A stretch of 63,194 nucleotides of DNA, counting the filler, from Rhabdomonas costata (Eukaryota), in the NCBI GenBank assembly GCA_019059605.1. It is 55 parts of 55 records of this genome, joined end to end, with 100 filler letters (N's around TTAATTAATTAA, not from the genome) between each part and the next. Parts side by side here need not be neighbours in the genome. Positions count along the whole stretch, not along the records: positions 10,364 to 11,415 come from JAHMHO010031303.1; positions 11,516 to 12,566 come from JAHMHO010031304.1; positions 12,667 to 13,717 come from JAHMHO010031305.1; positions 13,818 to 14,868 come from JAHMHO010031306.1; positions 14,969 to 16,018 come from JAHMHO010031307.1; positions 16,119 to 17,168 come from JAHMHO010031308.1; positions 17,269 to 18,319 come from JAHMHO010031309.1; positions 18,420 to 19,470 come from JAHMHO010031310.1; 47 more parts are not named here. One strand, given 5' to 3'. The notes beneath the pieces are model-generated. The model searched no databases. It saw only the letters and a list, made by a program, of their open reading frames with translations, and was not told the DNA's origin. This document shows, one piece after another, positions 11,364-23,023 of this stretch. Numbering within the stretch: position 1 is the stretch's first letter; each line of letters starts with the position of its first letter. The translations under genes were made by a program, and so were the position numbers.

Positions 11364-13081
11364 CTTCGAAATTATCAGAAGTTCCAACAAATAAAGGTCT
11401 GACACCATATGGATCNNNNNNNNNNNNNNNNNNNNNNNNNNNNNNNNNNNNNNNNNNNNTTAATTAATTAANNNNNNNNNNNNNNNNNNNNNNNNNNNNN
11501 NNNNNNNNNNNNNNNTGTTTGGAAATTGATATTCAGCAATGCTGAATATCAATTTCCAAACAAGAAGGAGGCCGAAGGACCAAGGAAAAAAGCACACGGT
11601 GAACTGAAGCAACAATGTGCACACACACACACGACACCTGGGGACCTTCTCGCGCTTTCCCAATCCCTCCCTCACTGTACATCCCGCGATTGAGCGTGCT
11701 CCCTCCCATATACAGCGGCCCCAGGCGATAAAGCAACGCATAAAATCTGATTCTAAAAGAGAAAAAGAGAGAGAGCGCGCAAGCAGCTGACGAGAAGGTA
11801 GGGAGGCACGCAGAATTCCAGTGAAAGCAGGCTTCGCCGGATTACAAAGGGCAGGACATCAAAAGCGGACGAATCGAGAGAGCGAGAGGCACGGAGAGTT
11901 GACAGACATGTGGGCAGAAAGAAGTGAAAGAAACCACGAAGCAGCACGGCTCAAGGCACAACGGAGAGGCGCACTGCAGCCAGGCAAGCCCCACCGAAGA
12001 CAAGGGATGCGGGGGAAGGAGGGCACAGGGTACACCCAATTTCTCACGCGCTGAACTCCTCCCACTCTCTCTGTCTGTGAAATCTTTGAACGCCTGACGC
12101 TGGGTGATGACAGAGAAGGGAGGCAAGCGGAGCGAATGTAGGCGTAGAGCAGAAAGCACACGTGGAGGGCAGAGGACAACGTGAATGGGGTGCCGACAGA
12201 AAAAAGCCCTCCACGTATGGAGCACGACACTGTACAGACAGGACAATTAAAAAACTGGTCGGCAGGGACTCTGGAAGCAAGTGGCTGGCACAAAGCATCG
12301 TAGATGACGAATCGACTTATTCATGAGGCCACGTCAGCGCAAATCAGAGGAGCTCATATGATTAAAGGGATCAGAAGAACCAAATCAATAAAAAAAAGCT
12401 CCTCAAACAATGCGCACGGCGTTGCCCTCAAACAATCCTCAAACAATGCCCACAAAGGCGTCCTCCGTGAAGCCCAACCTTAGGGCTGGCTCCCCGCCCC
12501 ACACCACCGCCCCGTTAACTGCAAAAGCCACGGTGCCCCCCGTGGGGTCGTTAGGGTCACTGCGGTNNNNNNNNNNNNNNNNNNNNNNNNNNNNNNNNNN
12601 NNNNNNNNNNTTAATTAATTAANNNNNNNNNNNNNNNNNNNNNNNNNNNNNNNNNNNNNNNNNNNNGTTGTGGTTGCGAGTGTTATTATCCATTGTTCAT
12701 TGTATATTACCTCTATCAGAGAAATACCGTATATCTGAGAAATACTCGCATCTCATCGTTTGGTACCATTTCTCGTTGCCTTCCTTTGCCTCTTTTGGTC
12801 CTTTCGTCTATGTTATCGTAAATTTCTCAACGGCGTGCGCAAGAAGATTCAGCATTCCGTGTCATCACCCGTTCCAGGCCGAGAAGACTGAAAGTGGATC
12901 CTACCATTTGGAAATTACACGTGATGTGGATTGAGAGCGGAGCAGTGAAGATCGGCCTCGTTGGAACCCTTCAGCACCACAAGTAAAAGAAACTTGTAGG
13001 ACTCCTCTGCTTGTCACACGGGCAGGGGTTTGTTTTTGTGGGAAGGGAGCTGTCGTCTCTGAATGGAGAGAACAGGAGAAC

Positions 13082-13107
13082 AGGAAGGAAGGAAGGAAGG
13101 AAGGAAG
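13082..13107. repeat. (GGAA)n microsatellite
   Basis: About 6 tandem units. Confidence 0.9.
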
Positions 13108-15160
13108 CGTAAGTCACTGTGTAGGCCACAAGCAGCATGGGGCTGGATGCTTTGTTGTTTGCCTTTGAAAAAGGAATGCGAATAATGCCAAACAATGTGA
13201 CCGCCAAAGAAGCGGTAGGTGCTAGGTCACTGGAGAGGGCTTGCTTGAAATTTCTTTCGCTTGGGGGCGCTGTTTGTGATGATTTTCACTCTTTTCTCAG
13301 GAGAACCCGGGGTCTCTTAGCTGAGGTGGTGAAGTGTGGAGTTCCAGTGTCCATGATGATCTCTCACTGTTTGGTAATCATATCAATTTTTCCGTGCCCT
13401 GCTTCTTGCATGTCGATTTTCTTTCCTGTCTTTTCCTTCTGCATGTTGGCTCCCCCACTGCCTGTTTTTCGCATGTGTGCATGGGGTTGTTCGGCCCTTC
13501 ACCTCGCTATGCGCTGATGTAAATACCATTTGCGGTGTGCTCTTGGTTCCGTATTCTGATTTCAGGGGTTATCAGAGAGGGGCGACGCAGTTGTCGGGAC
13601 GGAGGCGTGTGGGGATTCTTTTGGAGCCAAATGGGCTTTCAATTATTCCTTGAACAAGATGAATCCTCCAAAGTTCCTGGTCGAGGCAGTACAGTGTCAT
13701 GAAACAGACCACAACAANNNNNNNNNNNNNNNNNNNNNNNNNNNNNNNNNNNNNNNNNNNNTTAATTAATTAANNNNNNNNNNNNNNNNNNNNNNNNNNN
13801 NNNNNNNNNNNNNNNNNGGGGTGGGGTAGGGTACTCCACAGCACATGCTAGGATTAGTCAGTAATCGTGATTACTTTTGACGATCAGGTTGGCGTAGGAC
13901 ATCCTAGACCGTCAATGAACGGGTCGGGTACCCTCAGGGCTGCTCATCTCGCTCTGCGAAACCGAGAAGCCACACTGGTAAACCCAGCCTCTAGCTAACC
14001 CAACTCTTCTCCCCCCCTGCAAGACTTAAATGAGTGCCGGATCGCTTGGCGGTTATCAGAAACTGCGCCACCCCCCGCCCACCCGATGATAATTGGACCC
14101 GTTGAGAGTGTTTCGTATTTCATCCTCCGTCCTCCCAAATGGAACCTCCACCGATGTGCTTCTGCTTCCGGAGAAGGTTGGTCTCCAATTCCGCTATACT
14201 CAGATGGACACTAGTGCGTTGCTACTTGCGGCCCTCGTGTGTTCCATCGCGGCCTTGGAGGGTACCACAGATACCGTGCTGATCTGATTGAGCAATTCCT
14301 CATCATAGCAACGGATTCAGTTAGGGTTAGGGACAGCCCGGACGCGTACGCTTCCAAAACACTGCACTTCTGCACTCCTGCACTGCCCTTGTTGTTGTCA
14401 CCTTGTTCTGAATTGAAACGGATAACTGGAGCTTGTCTGCACTGTGTTTGGCGGAACTTCTCTTTCTCATCCGTTTGTTCAGCAGCGGCTCATCTCATCC
14501 ATCCCGTTTGTCTCACTTCCTTTCAGTTGTTTGAATTGTGGTTGCGGTTCGGATGGGATGCGGTGCGGGGAATAGATATTACGGCATGCTCAGTGGAGGG
14601 GCAGGGCTGGTGGTTGGCCGGCCCAGCGAGACCACCCACATGGCTCTGTGGCTGGTGCTGCTCAACGGCGTGGTGGTGCTCACGCTGACCCTTGAGCTGC
14701 TGCTTCAGGTCAGAGATGGAGCCATTCCCCCCCCCCTTTTTTTCCAGTTTCCCATCCCCGCGGCCTTGGTGACTGCTCTCTTTGCTCCCACGCAGTGCTG
14801 CGATATAGCAAAGAAAGCTTTACTTCTCCTGGAAGACCAAACTTATCCCACCAAGTTGCCTAACAACCNNNNNNNNNNNNNNNNNNNNNNNNNNNNNNNN
14901 NNNNNNNNNNNNTTAATTAATTAANNNNNNNNNNNNNNNNNNNNNNNNNNNNNNNNNNNNNNNNNNNNTTTGTGTGGTGGCGCTGCTCCGGCCGAGGCCA
15001 CACTGGGAACCTCCCGTGCTGCGGGGAGTCTCTATGTTCTGATTGCAGAGGGAGTTTGCACGCAAACAAGAGCAACGCAAGCCGCAGCCGGGCTGGGGGT
15101 GGGGGACTCGCCACCAATGGACCGCCACCAAAATTCTTCAGCAACAGAACGCACACGTAC

Positions 15161-15791
15161 CAGTCCATGTCTTGTGTTGTTCAGCCAGCTTCCGTCATAC
15201 TTGGCCCCACTCTTCCAGGTGTATGTGCCCTGAGGAACAGGGACAACAAACGCACCAAAATGAAATGCGTTCCATCTGCAACAGCGCACGATTTAGGGTA
15301 AACAAACACGGGGAAAAGCGCACCGCGCCGCTGCGCTGACCCTCCACACATTCTCCGACATACACACTTCCGGACTTCAGGAAGACCACGGTGGCCTGAG
15401 CAGAAGGAAAGGAAGACTCAGTCATCCTGGCCTCGGCCCCAGCATAAGCCTGCAAAAGAAAATCTGGGATACCTGGCCCGTTCGTGAGCCATCCTTGAAC
15501 TCACCTTCGTAAGTAAAGTCATCAGTGATGAACTTACCCTGGAGAAAAATTGTGGTGCACGCTTTCTTCGCAAGTACGCACGCCAGATGAATTTCTGCCA
15601 AAAGCACGGCAAGTTACCAAAACCGAAATCAACGGTTTTTCAACCGCTGACAAGATTCACTATGTACATCAGTCTTTCCATCAAAGTATTAGTAGCAGCA
15701 GCAGCAGCACAGTCCGCCGCACCTGCCCACACATCTTGTCATCTTTCCACTCTCCCTCATAGACGGCCCCGTCCGCAAATTTGCAAGATCC
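15161..15791 (-). CDS. MORN-repeat protein; exons 15791-15723, 15538-15473, 15395-15324, 15229-15161
   Basis: GSCKFADGAVYEGEWKDDKMCGQ | GKFITDDFTYEGEFKDGSRTGQ | ATVVFLKSGSVYVGECVEGQRSGA | GTYTWKSGAKYDGSWLNNTRHGL. All introns are phase-0 GT-AG. Confidence 0.92.
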
Positions 15792-17268
15792 CTGAAAAGC
15801 AAAGCACTGTATCCGATAAGTGTGCCACTCCAACACAGGTTTTCAAAAAAGAACGCATGACAAGGGAATCATATGCTACCATACAAACGCGAAGAACACG
15901 AAGAAACTCCCACAGATCAAGCAATTCATATTGCAATGCGCGGTGATCGCTAAGAAAACTTGACCACGCAGAGCGACTGTATAAAGGGACAAAACCCCCG
16001 CACCTTGCACAAACACCCNNNNNNNNNNNNNNNNNNNNNNNNNNNNNNNNNNNNNNNNNNNNTTAATTAATTAANNNNNNNNNNNNNNNNNNNNNNNNNN
16101 NNNNNNNNNNNNNNNNNNGGTTTGGGGGAGAAAACTTCCCTCTCTCAAACTAAACGCCATTGATATACTGAAAAGGGGTACATGTCGCAGCCAGCAGCTG
16201 TCTGTGGGAAGTTTTCTCCCGCAAACCGCTTTTTTTTGGGGGGGGGTCATTCTCTACCCTCCGCAATTCCGCGTCCTCCCGAGAAACCCTTCGTAGGGGT
16301 CCATAGGAAACGGCTGCAACGGTAGGCCGGCCGCCACGCTGTATGTACAATAACGTAAAATGGTGAGGGATTCCGCGTGAGCCCTCCCCCACAAAAATCC
16401 ACTATACCGGCAAAAGGCTGTGGAATCGAGGGCCAGCTGGGGTGTACCTGGGGTACCCCCCCCCGGCCTATACACCCTACAGGCCAGGCCCATAGGCCGG
16501 CTGGACCATAGTATACCAAGGTACCCCATTATCCGGAACCCCTCAAGGCCCCATGGCCTAGTAATGGGCGGGATCCGCCACTTGTGGCGGCGGGCTGTAG
16601 AATGGTGCGCGTGTGGGGCTGTGGCAGCTAGGTTAGATAGAGCCACTTGATGGTGGACTCCCCCCTCCCACCCGCGACCCTCTGTTTCAAGGGGCTGTAT
16701 AGGTCTTTGGGCTATAGGTTTACCACCGCCGTACCATCGCCATACCCCGTATCTAGGGATGTGTTGTTGTTCAGTATTCGACTCGCAGGTGAGGGGAATT
16801 GTGGAGTGCGTGGTGGGGTTTCCGCCGAGGCTCAATTCCCCGGGGGAGTCCGATGCGGAAGCCCCTAGACGTCCTATTCAGTTATGGCAGAGGAGGGAGA
16901 CTTTCGCGAACCTTGAAAGTTTAACAACAAGCATCAACAAAACTAGAGATTCAAAACCACACCATACTCGACACCAGTCCGTTTCAGTCAAGGCGACACC
17001 AAATGGGTCAAGCACTGGGCTGAAAAAAAAAAGAAAGCAGGGCCGGTCCGCAAAAAAAAGGTACCCCAATGGCATAGTGGAAAAGAATGCTCACGTGCGT
17101 CAGCAGCGTAAGCCGCCTCAGCTCCCCCACGCTGCGCTCAAACGTCCCCATCGGGAACACCACACCCCNNNNNNNNNNNNNNNNNNNNNNNNNNNNNNNN
17201 NNNNNNNNNNNNTTAATTAATTAANNNNNNNNNNNNNNNNNNNNNNNNNNNNNNNNNNNNNNNNNNNN

Positions 17269-17562
17269 GGGTGGGTTGTTCAGCAACCCCAAAAGGGTCC
17301 GATTTGGCTTTTGGGGGGCAAAAGGGGCCAAAATCAAGGCAAAAACGTGGTTTTGGCTTGAAATGGCCAAAAATGATGAAAAAATGAAGCAGCGCTCAAG
17401 TACTACGTGCGTAAGTGGGGTGGGGATGCCAGAAAAAATTACTTAGGGGTAAAACTCGTATGAGGGTGGGCAATGGGAGACTTGGCTATGGCATAGCTAA
17501 GAGAAAGCGAATTATCAGCCATTTTTTACTGTGTGATGGGGCTTTTTCGAATCGAGCTTTGT
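17269..17562. mobile_element. Terminal segment of the same interspersed repeat, copy 2
   Basis: Diverged homolog of about 10420-10693, ending in the identical AATCGAGCTTTGT and followed by an unrelated AT-rich flank (TAATAATTTG). Confidence 0.75.
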
Positions 17563-19570
17563 TAATAATTTGATTTATTAGGGTGATTTATTGTTTCTCG
17601 CTTTGCTCGCCGCGCTGTTTGCTTCTGTGCTTCGCATTTTTTTTCTGCTTGTAGCTGCTGAACGCTGAACACTTGCTATTGTTGAGGAGCGTTGCGAAGT
17701 GCACGTTTCGACGTTTCGCGGGATCTCTTCTCCCTGATCTTTGAACCGAAGCCACTTGTTTGGTTTCAATTTTGATTTTGATCATGGTATGAAAGACACA
17801 CCCATTGCCCCCCTACCCGCTCTGACCTTTGAAGCGCGGGTACCACAATCGCCCCGCCGAACGTCCCCATCAGCGCAGCACCGGCGCCAGTCCGGTGGGA
17901 GGGAGGGAAGTGGTGGGGTTCGGCGAAGAGGGGAGTGGCCGGAAGAGAAGAGTCGAAATTATCCGACTTCAGAAATGTAACAGGAGCGCGAAAAGTTGCC
18001 AACACTGGGAACCACAAAAATGGGCGCCCAGTATGGGTATCCTTATGGCGGCAGAAAACAAGCCCAAACCGCAATACAAAAAAAGTCAAAACTCGAAAGA
18101 AAAAATCCAAAGCGCGGGAGCAGACCTTTACCCAATTGCCCAATAAAGGTGGGGTGGGGGAACGGGAAAAACGTTTGTATGCAGAATGACACACTTCCCT
18201 CATCCGTTAGCTTCCCCAAAATCGTGTGCTCCCTTGATGGCGGGACTGGCAGTTTCTTGCCAAGGCTACTTGCACGCAGCTCTTTCACACTCACTTTCTT
18301 TTTTCGACCACCCACAAACNNNNNNNNNNNNNNNNNNNNNNNNNNNNNNNNNNNNNNNNNNNNTTAATTAATTAANNNNNNNNNNNNNNNNNNNNNNNNN
18401 NNNNNNNNNNNNNNNNNNNAAACACGAAGGCCGCACGGAGACACGAAAGAGAAAGAGGGCAAGGGGAGGGAATTCAGGACATCCCATATGTCCCATCGAG
18501 GACGGGGGTTTTGCAACCTCGTGCCCAAACAAATTTGCTTCGCTACCCTTTTTTTACACCTCAATTAGCCGGCAGCAGGAAACATGAAACCGAGGGCCAG
18601 GGGCGGGGGTATGGGGAGAGGGCGGTGCTCCATGGCAAGGCTGTCGTTTTCAGAGGTGCCCTTTTTCGCGAACGAGAAGTCGGGAAGCGTTTACCGCTGG
18701 GGAGGGATGGAGGCGCTTGTGAACAGCACACCCTACGTCCGCTGTCAGCGGGGTATGTCGTCTGTCCGCCTTGAGCAGTCTATGGGTGTAGGAGAGAGAA
18801 CGTGAACCCACAAGGGGGGAAAGAATTAGGGGGGACGGGATCAGAGCACGAGAGAACGACGCAAGGGAAGGGCTCGACCCGGGTGGACCCAACAAATAAA
18901 AACAATTGGAGAGATCGATCTGGTGCAAAGAAAGGTGCTGGCTTTACAAGGAGGAGTTCAAAGAATTTGGGGACGAAGTTTTCGGTCTGCTGAAGGGCGT
19001 CCTCCTTCGATGGGCTCCGCGAGACCAATAGTGTGGCAAAGCAAAAAAAACGCCGCGGCTGCAGAATGGGAAAGAGCGCCAAAAATCACGATATTGTGTA
19101 AATATATCGCTCATCTAAAGCCCTTTGTGATTTCCTCAATCCCACCTTACCACAATTAGGTCCGCGTCAGGTCAAAAGCGAGAGAGAACTCAGTCCGAGC
19201 CAAAATAAAATGCACGGAAAAATCCCCCTTTGAGGAACGAAAAAAGCATAGTTTTTAGACCCCCTTCTTTCCCGCTTTATAAGTCCGAAAACGTATCAAT
19301 GTAAAGGGATCAAAATTCTCTCTTTTGAGGTGCCGCGGAAATACATGCGGGTTGCTATGACCACGGAGGGATTTTGTCACAGACACAAGTTTTCCTTAGC
19401 GCAAAGGAAATCAACCCAAGCCGGTGGCAGCACCGACGCGATCGGAGCCTTCAAAAGATAACAAAAAAAANNNNNNNNNNNNNNNNNNNNNNNNNNNNNN
19501 NNNNNNNNNNNNNNTTAATTAATTAANNNNNNNNNNNNNNNNNNNNNNNNNNNNNNNNNNNNNNNNNNNN

Positions 19571-19834
19571 GGGGGGGGCTGAGGAATGGGCCCTGTACTG
19601 GAGGTACTGCCGCAGCGGGTGATACACACGACGGTAATCTCCCTGTACACTGGCGAAGTCAAGCGTACCCAGTCCGCGCCGAGCGGAGCTGCGGTCACTC
19701 AGAGACCTGCCGGCGACAACTGGCTGGATGGCATGAAGCCGCTTCCAGGGGTGGAGCACGATAAAGGAGGCCAGGTAGAGGACCACAACGGCAGTCACAG
19801 TGGGCACGATGACTCGGACATTCAGGAGGGGCAT
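19571..19834 (-). CDS. N-terminus of a putative type II membrane protein
   Basis: MPLLNVRVIVPTVTAVVVLYLASFIVLHPW... gives one N-terminal hydrophobic helix; GC3-rich; runs off the contig. Confidence 0.4.
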
Positions 19835-20432
19835 TCATGGATGCAGGGGGGCCGCATAGAGGCCGCGATCACTGAAAAGGGGGACGCCGGGGAAGCGCCG
19901 AATCATGCGGTGAGTGATCGAAAGCCGGAGGTCGAGAAGAAAAGCAACGGCAAGCAAAAGCTGCGAGCCACGCAAACACAACCAAGCATGGTGCTCATCG
20001 TTCCCAAGGGGTTATAGTCGTGGTGTCGCCAGCGGGAGCACAGGGAAAAAGCTCTGAACTGTAACTACGGCACTACCATAACGCTAGGCGCTGCAGAAAT
20101 AGCCGGAAATACCGGAGCGGTATCGACGAGCTTGGGTTAAAAGTATGGCTTGAGATTTTCCCGCATTTCATTTTGACCACAGGGGGGAAATTGATCCAAT
20201 GCACTGGCTTTAAAAAACGCGTTGCAGTTCACTTCGATGCAAAAACACACACCCGCATCCCACTGCGGAATAGCGACCCGAACGTGGCACACGGACAGCC
20301 CAGAGAAACCCTGAATGGTGCATAAGGTACCAACCGAGACGACTGCTGATCCGCAGCCAAGTGATCACTGCCGCTGTCGCCTTGTGCTGGAACCCTCGGC
20401 CCCATGCCTTTCCTCCTCCTCCTTTCCCCTGC

Positions 20433-20621
20433 TCAGAACCCTGAGCTGGGGCCTTCCTCGGGTTCTGCGGAGAACATCCTGCCCTCCAGCAGCTCCACCA
20501 CCACCTTCGCCGGGGCCCAGTACGCTCGCATGTTCACCAAAACAAGCCGCACCACCACCATCATGGGCACTGCCAGCACCATCCCCGCAATTCCCCGCGC
20601 CCGTCCCAGAACGAAAAAGCT
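20433..20621 (-). CDS. C-terminus of an AI-2E (UPF0118/PerM) family transporter
   Basis: GIAGMVLAVPMMVVVRLVLVNMRAYWAPAKVVVELLEGRMF...* fits the wG..G.ilavP...v..i.l pattern. The expected upstream SFW lies one frame off, suggesting an indel or sequencing error. Confidence 0.65.
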   Translation of the reverse strand, partial: SFFVLGRARGIAGMVLAVPMMVVVRLVLVNMRAYWAPAKVVVELLEGRMFSAEPEEGPSSGF

Positions 20622-21099
20622 NNNNNNNNNNNNNNNNNNNNNNNNNNNNNNNNNNNNNNNNNNNNTTAATTAATTAANNNNNNNNNNNNNNNNNNNNNNN
20701 NNNNNNNNNNNNNNNNNNNNNGGGGGTTGTTGAAGTTATTTTACCGAGCCTCTTCGTGCCATTTTGCGGCAGTCAGCGTTTAGCGACGACGTCGGGGAGC
20801 GATAACGACGACGTAGGGGCCCCACGAATTTGAACGTAGTGATTGTGAGTGGGCCTGGTCGGAGGAACGACGAGCGCGGCAATTCCACGACAACGTACCC
20901 CACAGATCCGACCGGGCGGCGCCGGATGGAATACCCTCAGTGGAAGGTTAAGGTGGGGGTTTTGAATGCCCAGAAGCAGGAGCATGGGTCCGAGCGTCGC
21001 AAGGGGGCCATGCGCCGAAGGAGGGACAGGGCACCAACGGTAGAAGAGGAAGACACCTGTTAGGACCCTCAAAGTCCAGCAAAGTCCCCCCATCCGACA

Positions 21100-21772
21100 T
21101 TTTGAGCCCAACAAACCCTCAACATCCTCACCTCAGTCAGCACTAAGACAGCACAACATGACAACGCGACCACACTACAGCCCCTCATCCCAGCGTCCAC
21201 CACGTGCTCCATACCACCAGCAACCGACAGCATCCAAGCCAACGCCACGAACACACTAACCCACTGCATGAAACACCCTTCCTACCACTAACACTAACAC
21301 TAACACTTCCTAGCACAACACCTCCACAGCAACAAACACACCCAACGACATCCTGACAGCCCCAACCTCCAACCCAAACACACCAACATGACTACACGAA
21401 CCCACTGAAAAAATGACACCATCCTCCAACCACAAGCCCTGACACAAACACAACAACAACAGCAACAGCACCAACAAGCACAGCATCAATGCACTCCACA
21501 GCTCTAGACCCTCCACACAGAACCCGATAAGCCCAACACAACCACCCAATGACTCCATGACAACACCAACGCATGACACCCTAAGCACACCCTAAGCACA
21601 GAGGCAGATACAGATCCAGACACACAACGGTACCACCACATGAGACAGAGCCACAACCAGACACGGAACCACGCATAGGATCAGAACAACATGGGTAAGA
21701 GACCGAGACAGAAGGACACACAGAAGAGGCAACACCACCCATGACAACGGAATGGCCCACAGCAACCAAAAC
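21100..21772. repeat. Low-complexity C/A-rich tract with extreme strand skew
   Basis: About 670 bp dominated by C and A on the + strand; includes the short duplication CACCCTAAG/CACACCTAAG. Confidence 0.7.
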
Positions 21773-21984
21773 NNNNNNNNNNNNNNNNNNNNNNNNNNNN
21801 NNNNNNNNNNNNNNNNTTAATTAATTAANNNNNNNNNNNNNNNNNNNNNNNNNNNNNNNNNNNNNNNNNNNNGGTGTGGGGGGTTGGGAAGACAAAAGTG
21901 GAGGTGCCCCGATTGGGATAAAAACCTAGAAATCCTTGCAGTTTTCTTCCAATTCCCTATGAGCGCATTCTCTCCTTCTCTTTC

Positions 21985-22923
21985 CTGGATGAGGTCCCTC
22001 AAGTGGGCCTCCTGCTCCGGCCCGCCCTCGGCCACCACCACGGCGACGATCCGGGCGTTCAGCAGGCACAGCTGCGCGGCGTGGCCGCGGACATACTCCA
22101 CAGCCTCGCCCAAAGTCGGGCAGTGGTGAACCTGGAACACCCCCCGCCCAATGAATCCTGAGATTATGTCGTATGCAGTCACCTGGAACACAGAACAGAC
22201 AAGCTCATACTGTTATCCTGGAGAACCGTGGAACTCATTACCACATATATTCGTAAGAAACTCTTTTTTCACCATGCAAACCCGACAAAACAAGCGAGAA
22301 ATTAAGCACGAGCAGCCATCTGGAGCTGTGAATCCTGGAAGCGCAAAGATGAAGTAATCATAGGTGCGAAGCTCGTTGGCAAAATTTTGACAAAAGAACT
22401 GAACAAACGAATGCAAAGAACGCAGGGACCGGTCGGGGTGGGGCTGGGTTCGACCTGCATTTCAGTTCCACAAAAAGAAATTCAAAGGACGCCGTGCGTT
22501 AATGAGGAAACACACAACCCTACATTCAACGTCTCTCATGAACGATTGCCCGGAAAAAATCGGTTTTCAGGATATGAATGGATATGATGTCCGTGTGTTT
22601 TTGAAGTGCAACACCCACGACACCCGTGCCTATCGCTATCAATTTAAGCATTGGCGGAACAGCGCGAGACCGTCTGCATGGCAGCAAGCCGGATTACCAC
22701 GCATCGCCTTGCCCCCTTGAGAGGCAAGCCACCACCACAACAGCTCGCGGCATGACAAAAACCCACGAGGAGGAGGGGGCAAACCCAACCTGGGAGGGTG
22801 CCACCCCGGGCTGAGCAAGCACATCGGCCAGGAACTGGGCCAACGAGACTGCAATGCCCTTCGAGTCAGAGGCAACCGCGCCTCCCGTCGAGGTGGAGAC
22901 CAGCGGGAGGGTGCTGCCCACAA
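21985..22923 (-). CDS. Two exons of an unknown protein (22923 to about 22789; 22131-21985)
   Basis: ...QFLADVLAQPGVAPSQ|GT then CAG|VHHCPTLGEAVEYVRGHAAQLCLLNARIVAVVVAEGGPEQEAHLRDLIQ; very high GC3. Confidence 0.55.
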
Positions 22924-23023
22924 NNNNNNNNNNNNNNNNNNNNNNNNNNNNNNNNNNNNNNNNNNNNTTAATTAATTAANNNNNNNNNNNNNNNNNNNNN
23001 NNNNNNNNNNNNNNNNNNNNNNN

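Noticed and set aside
11356-11415. Premature stop in asnB (...KNFEIIRSSNK*)
   Set aside because: This stretch is an inverted copy of 11107-11166 at the contig end: a fold-back chimera, not pseudogenisation.
14320-14332. TTAGGGTTAGGG telomere-like repeat
   Set aside because: Only two internal units.
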